64,000 nt of DNA from Saccostrea cucullata (Eukaryota), in contig NW_026926657.1 in the NCBI RefSeq assembly GCF_032062105.1, forward strand, positions 186,001 to 250,000, in the 5' to 3' direction. The notes below the pieces were generated by a model that had not been told where the DNA came from, did no database searches, and was given only the letters and a program-made list of their open reading frames with translations. Position numbers and translations under genes: made by a program. Of the stretch, positions 63,561 to 64,000 are shown piece by piece (within the stretch, counting starts at the first letter, position 1; each line of letters starts with the position of its first letter).

Positions 63561-63998
63561 TTTTTATGCGCCCGGATCGATAGATCCAGGGCGTATATTG
63601 TTTTTGTCCTGTCTGTCTGTTTGTTTGTTTGTCCCGAACTTTAACATTCACCATAACTTTTGAACCATGAAAGATAGAGACTTCATATTTGGTATGCATA
63701 CTCCACTAATTAAGCTTTTTCAAATAACACAAAGGTCAATGACGTTTTGACCTTGACTGTGGCCTATATGCTAAAAATAGCTTTTTTCCTGCAAACTTTA
63801 ACCTTCGCCATGCCATAACTTTTGAACCATGAAAGATAGAGTCTTCATATTTGGTATGCAAACTCCATTAATCAAGTTCTTTCAAATGACACCAAGGTCA
63901 ATGACCTTGTGACCTTGACTCTGACCTTAATGCTAAAATTAGCTTTTCCCGAACTTTGTTGCTGCCGGGCGCATAGTGTTTCACAAACACATCTTGTT
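63561..63998 (+). mobile_element. HINE-like element with two ~160-bp repeats
   Basis: tttttatgcgccc 5' box, tgtc/tgtt microsatellite, two ccataacttttgaaccatgaaagataga monomers, gggcgcatagtgtttcacaaacacatcttgtt end. Confidence 0.85.
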
Positions 63999-64000
63999 TC

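Overview
AT-rich, repeat-dense animal genomic DNA, most likely a bivalve (oyster-type), inferred from the HINE/Cg170-like satellite elements and SINE remnants. Two genes can be supported, both on the + strand. The first is an intronless F-box/LRR gene (FBXL14/Partner-of-paired, 15306/15381-16592). The second is a class IIb histone deacetylase that I reconstructed by hand as 29 coding exons (24268-48205, 818 aa). It has two complete deacetylase domains and no C-terminal ZnF-UBP. The most striking feature is that at least five HDAC introns begin with tandem copies of the exon 3' end plus the splice donor. These include a 56-bp x8 array and a 26-bp x~86 array, both at the paralogous 'DRC..Q|gt' donor of the two domains. 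Where I checked read-through (exons 1, 2 and 16), use of a downstream donor copy gives a frameshift or premature stop. The rest of the window is non-autonomous DNA transposons, often nested, plus fold-back elements and satellite-carrying Helentron-type elements.
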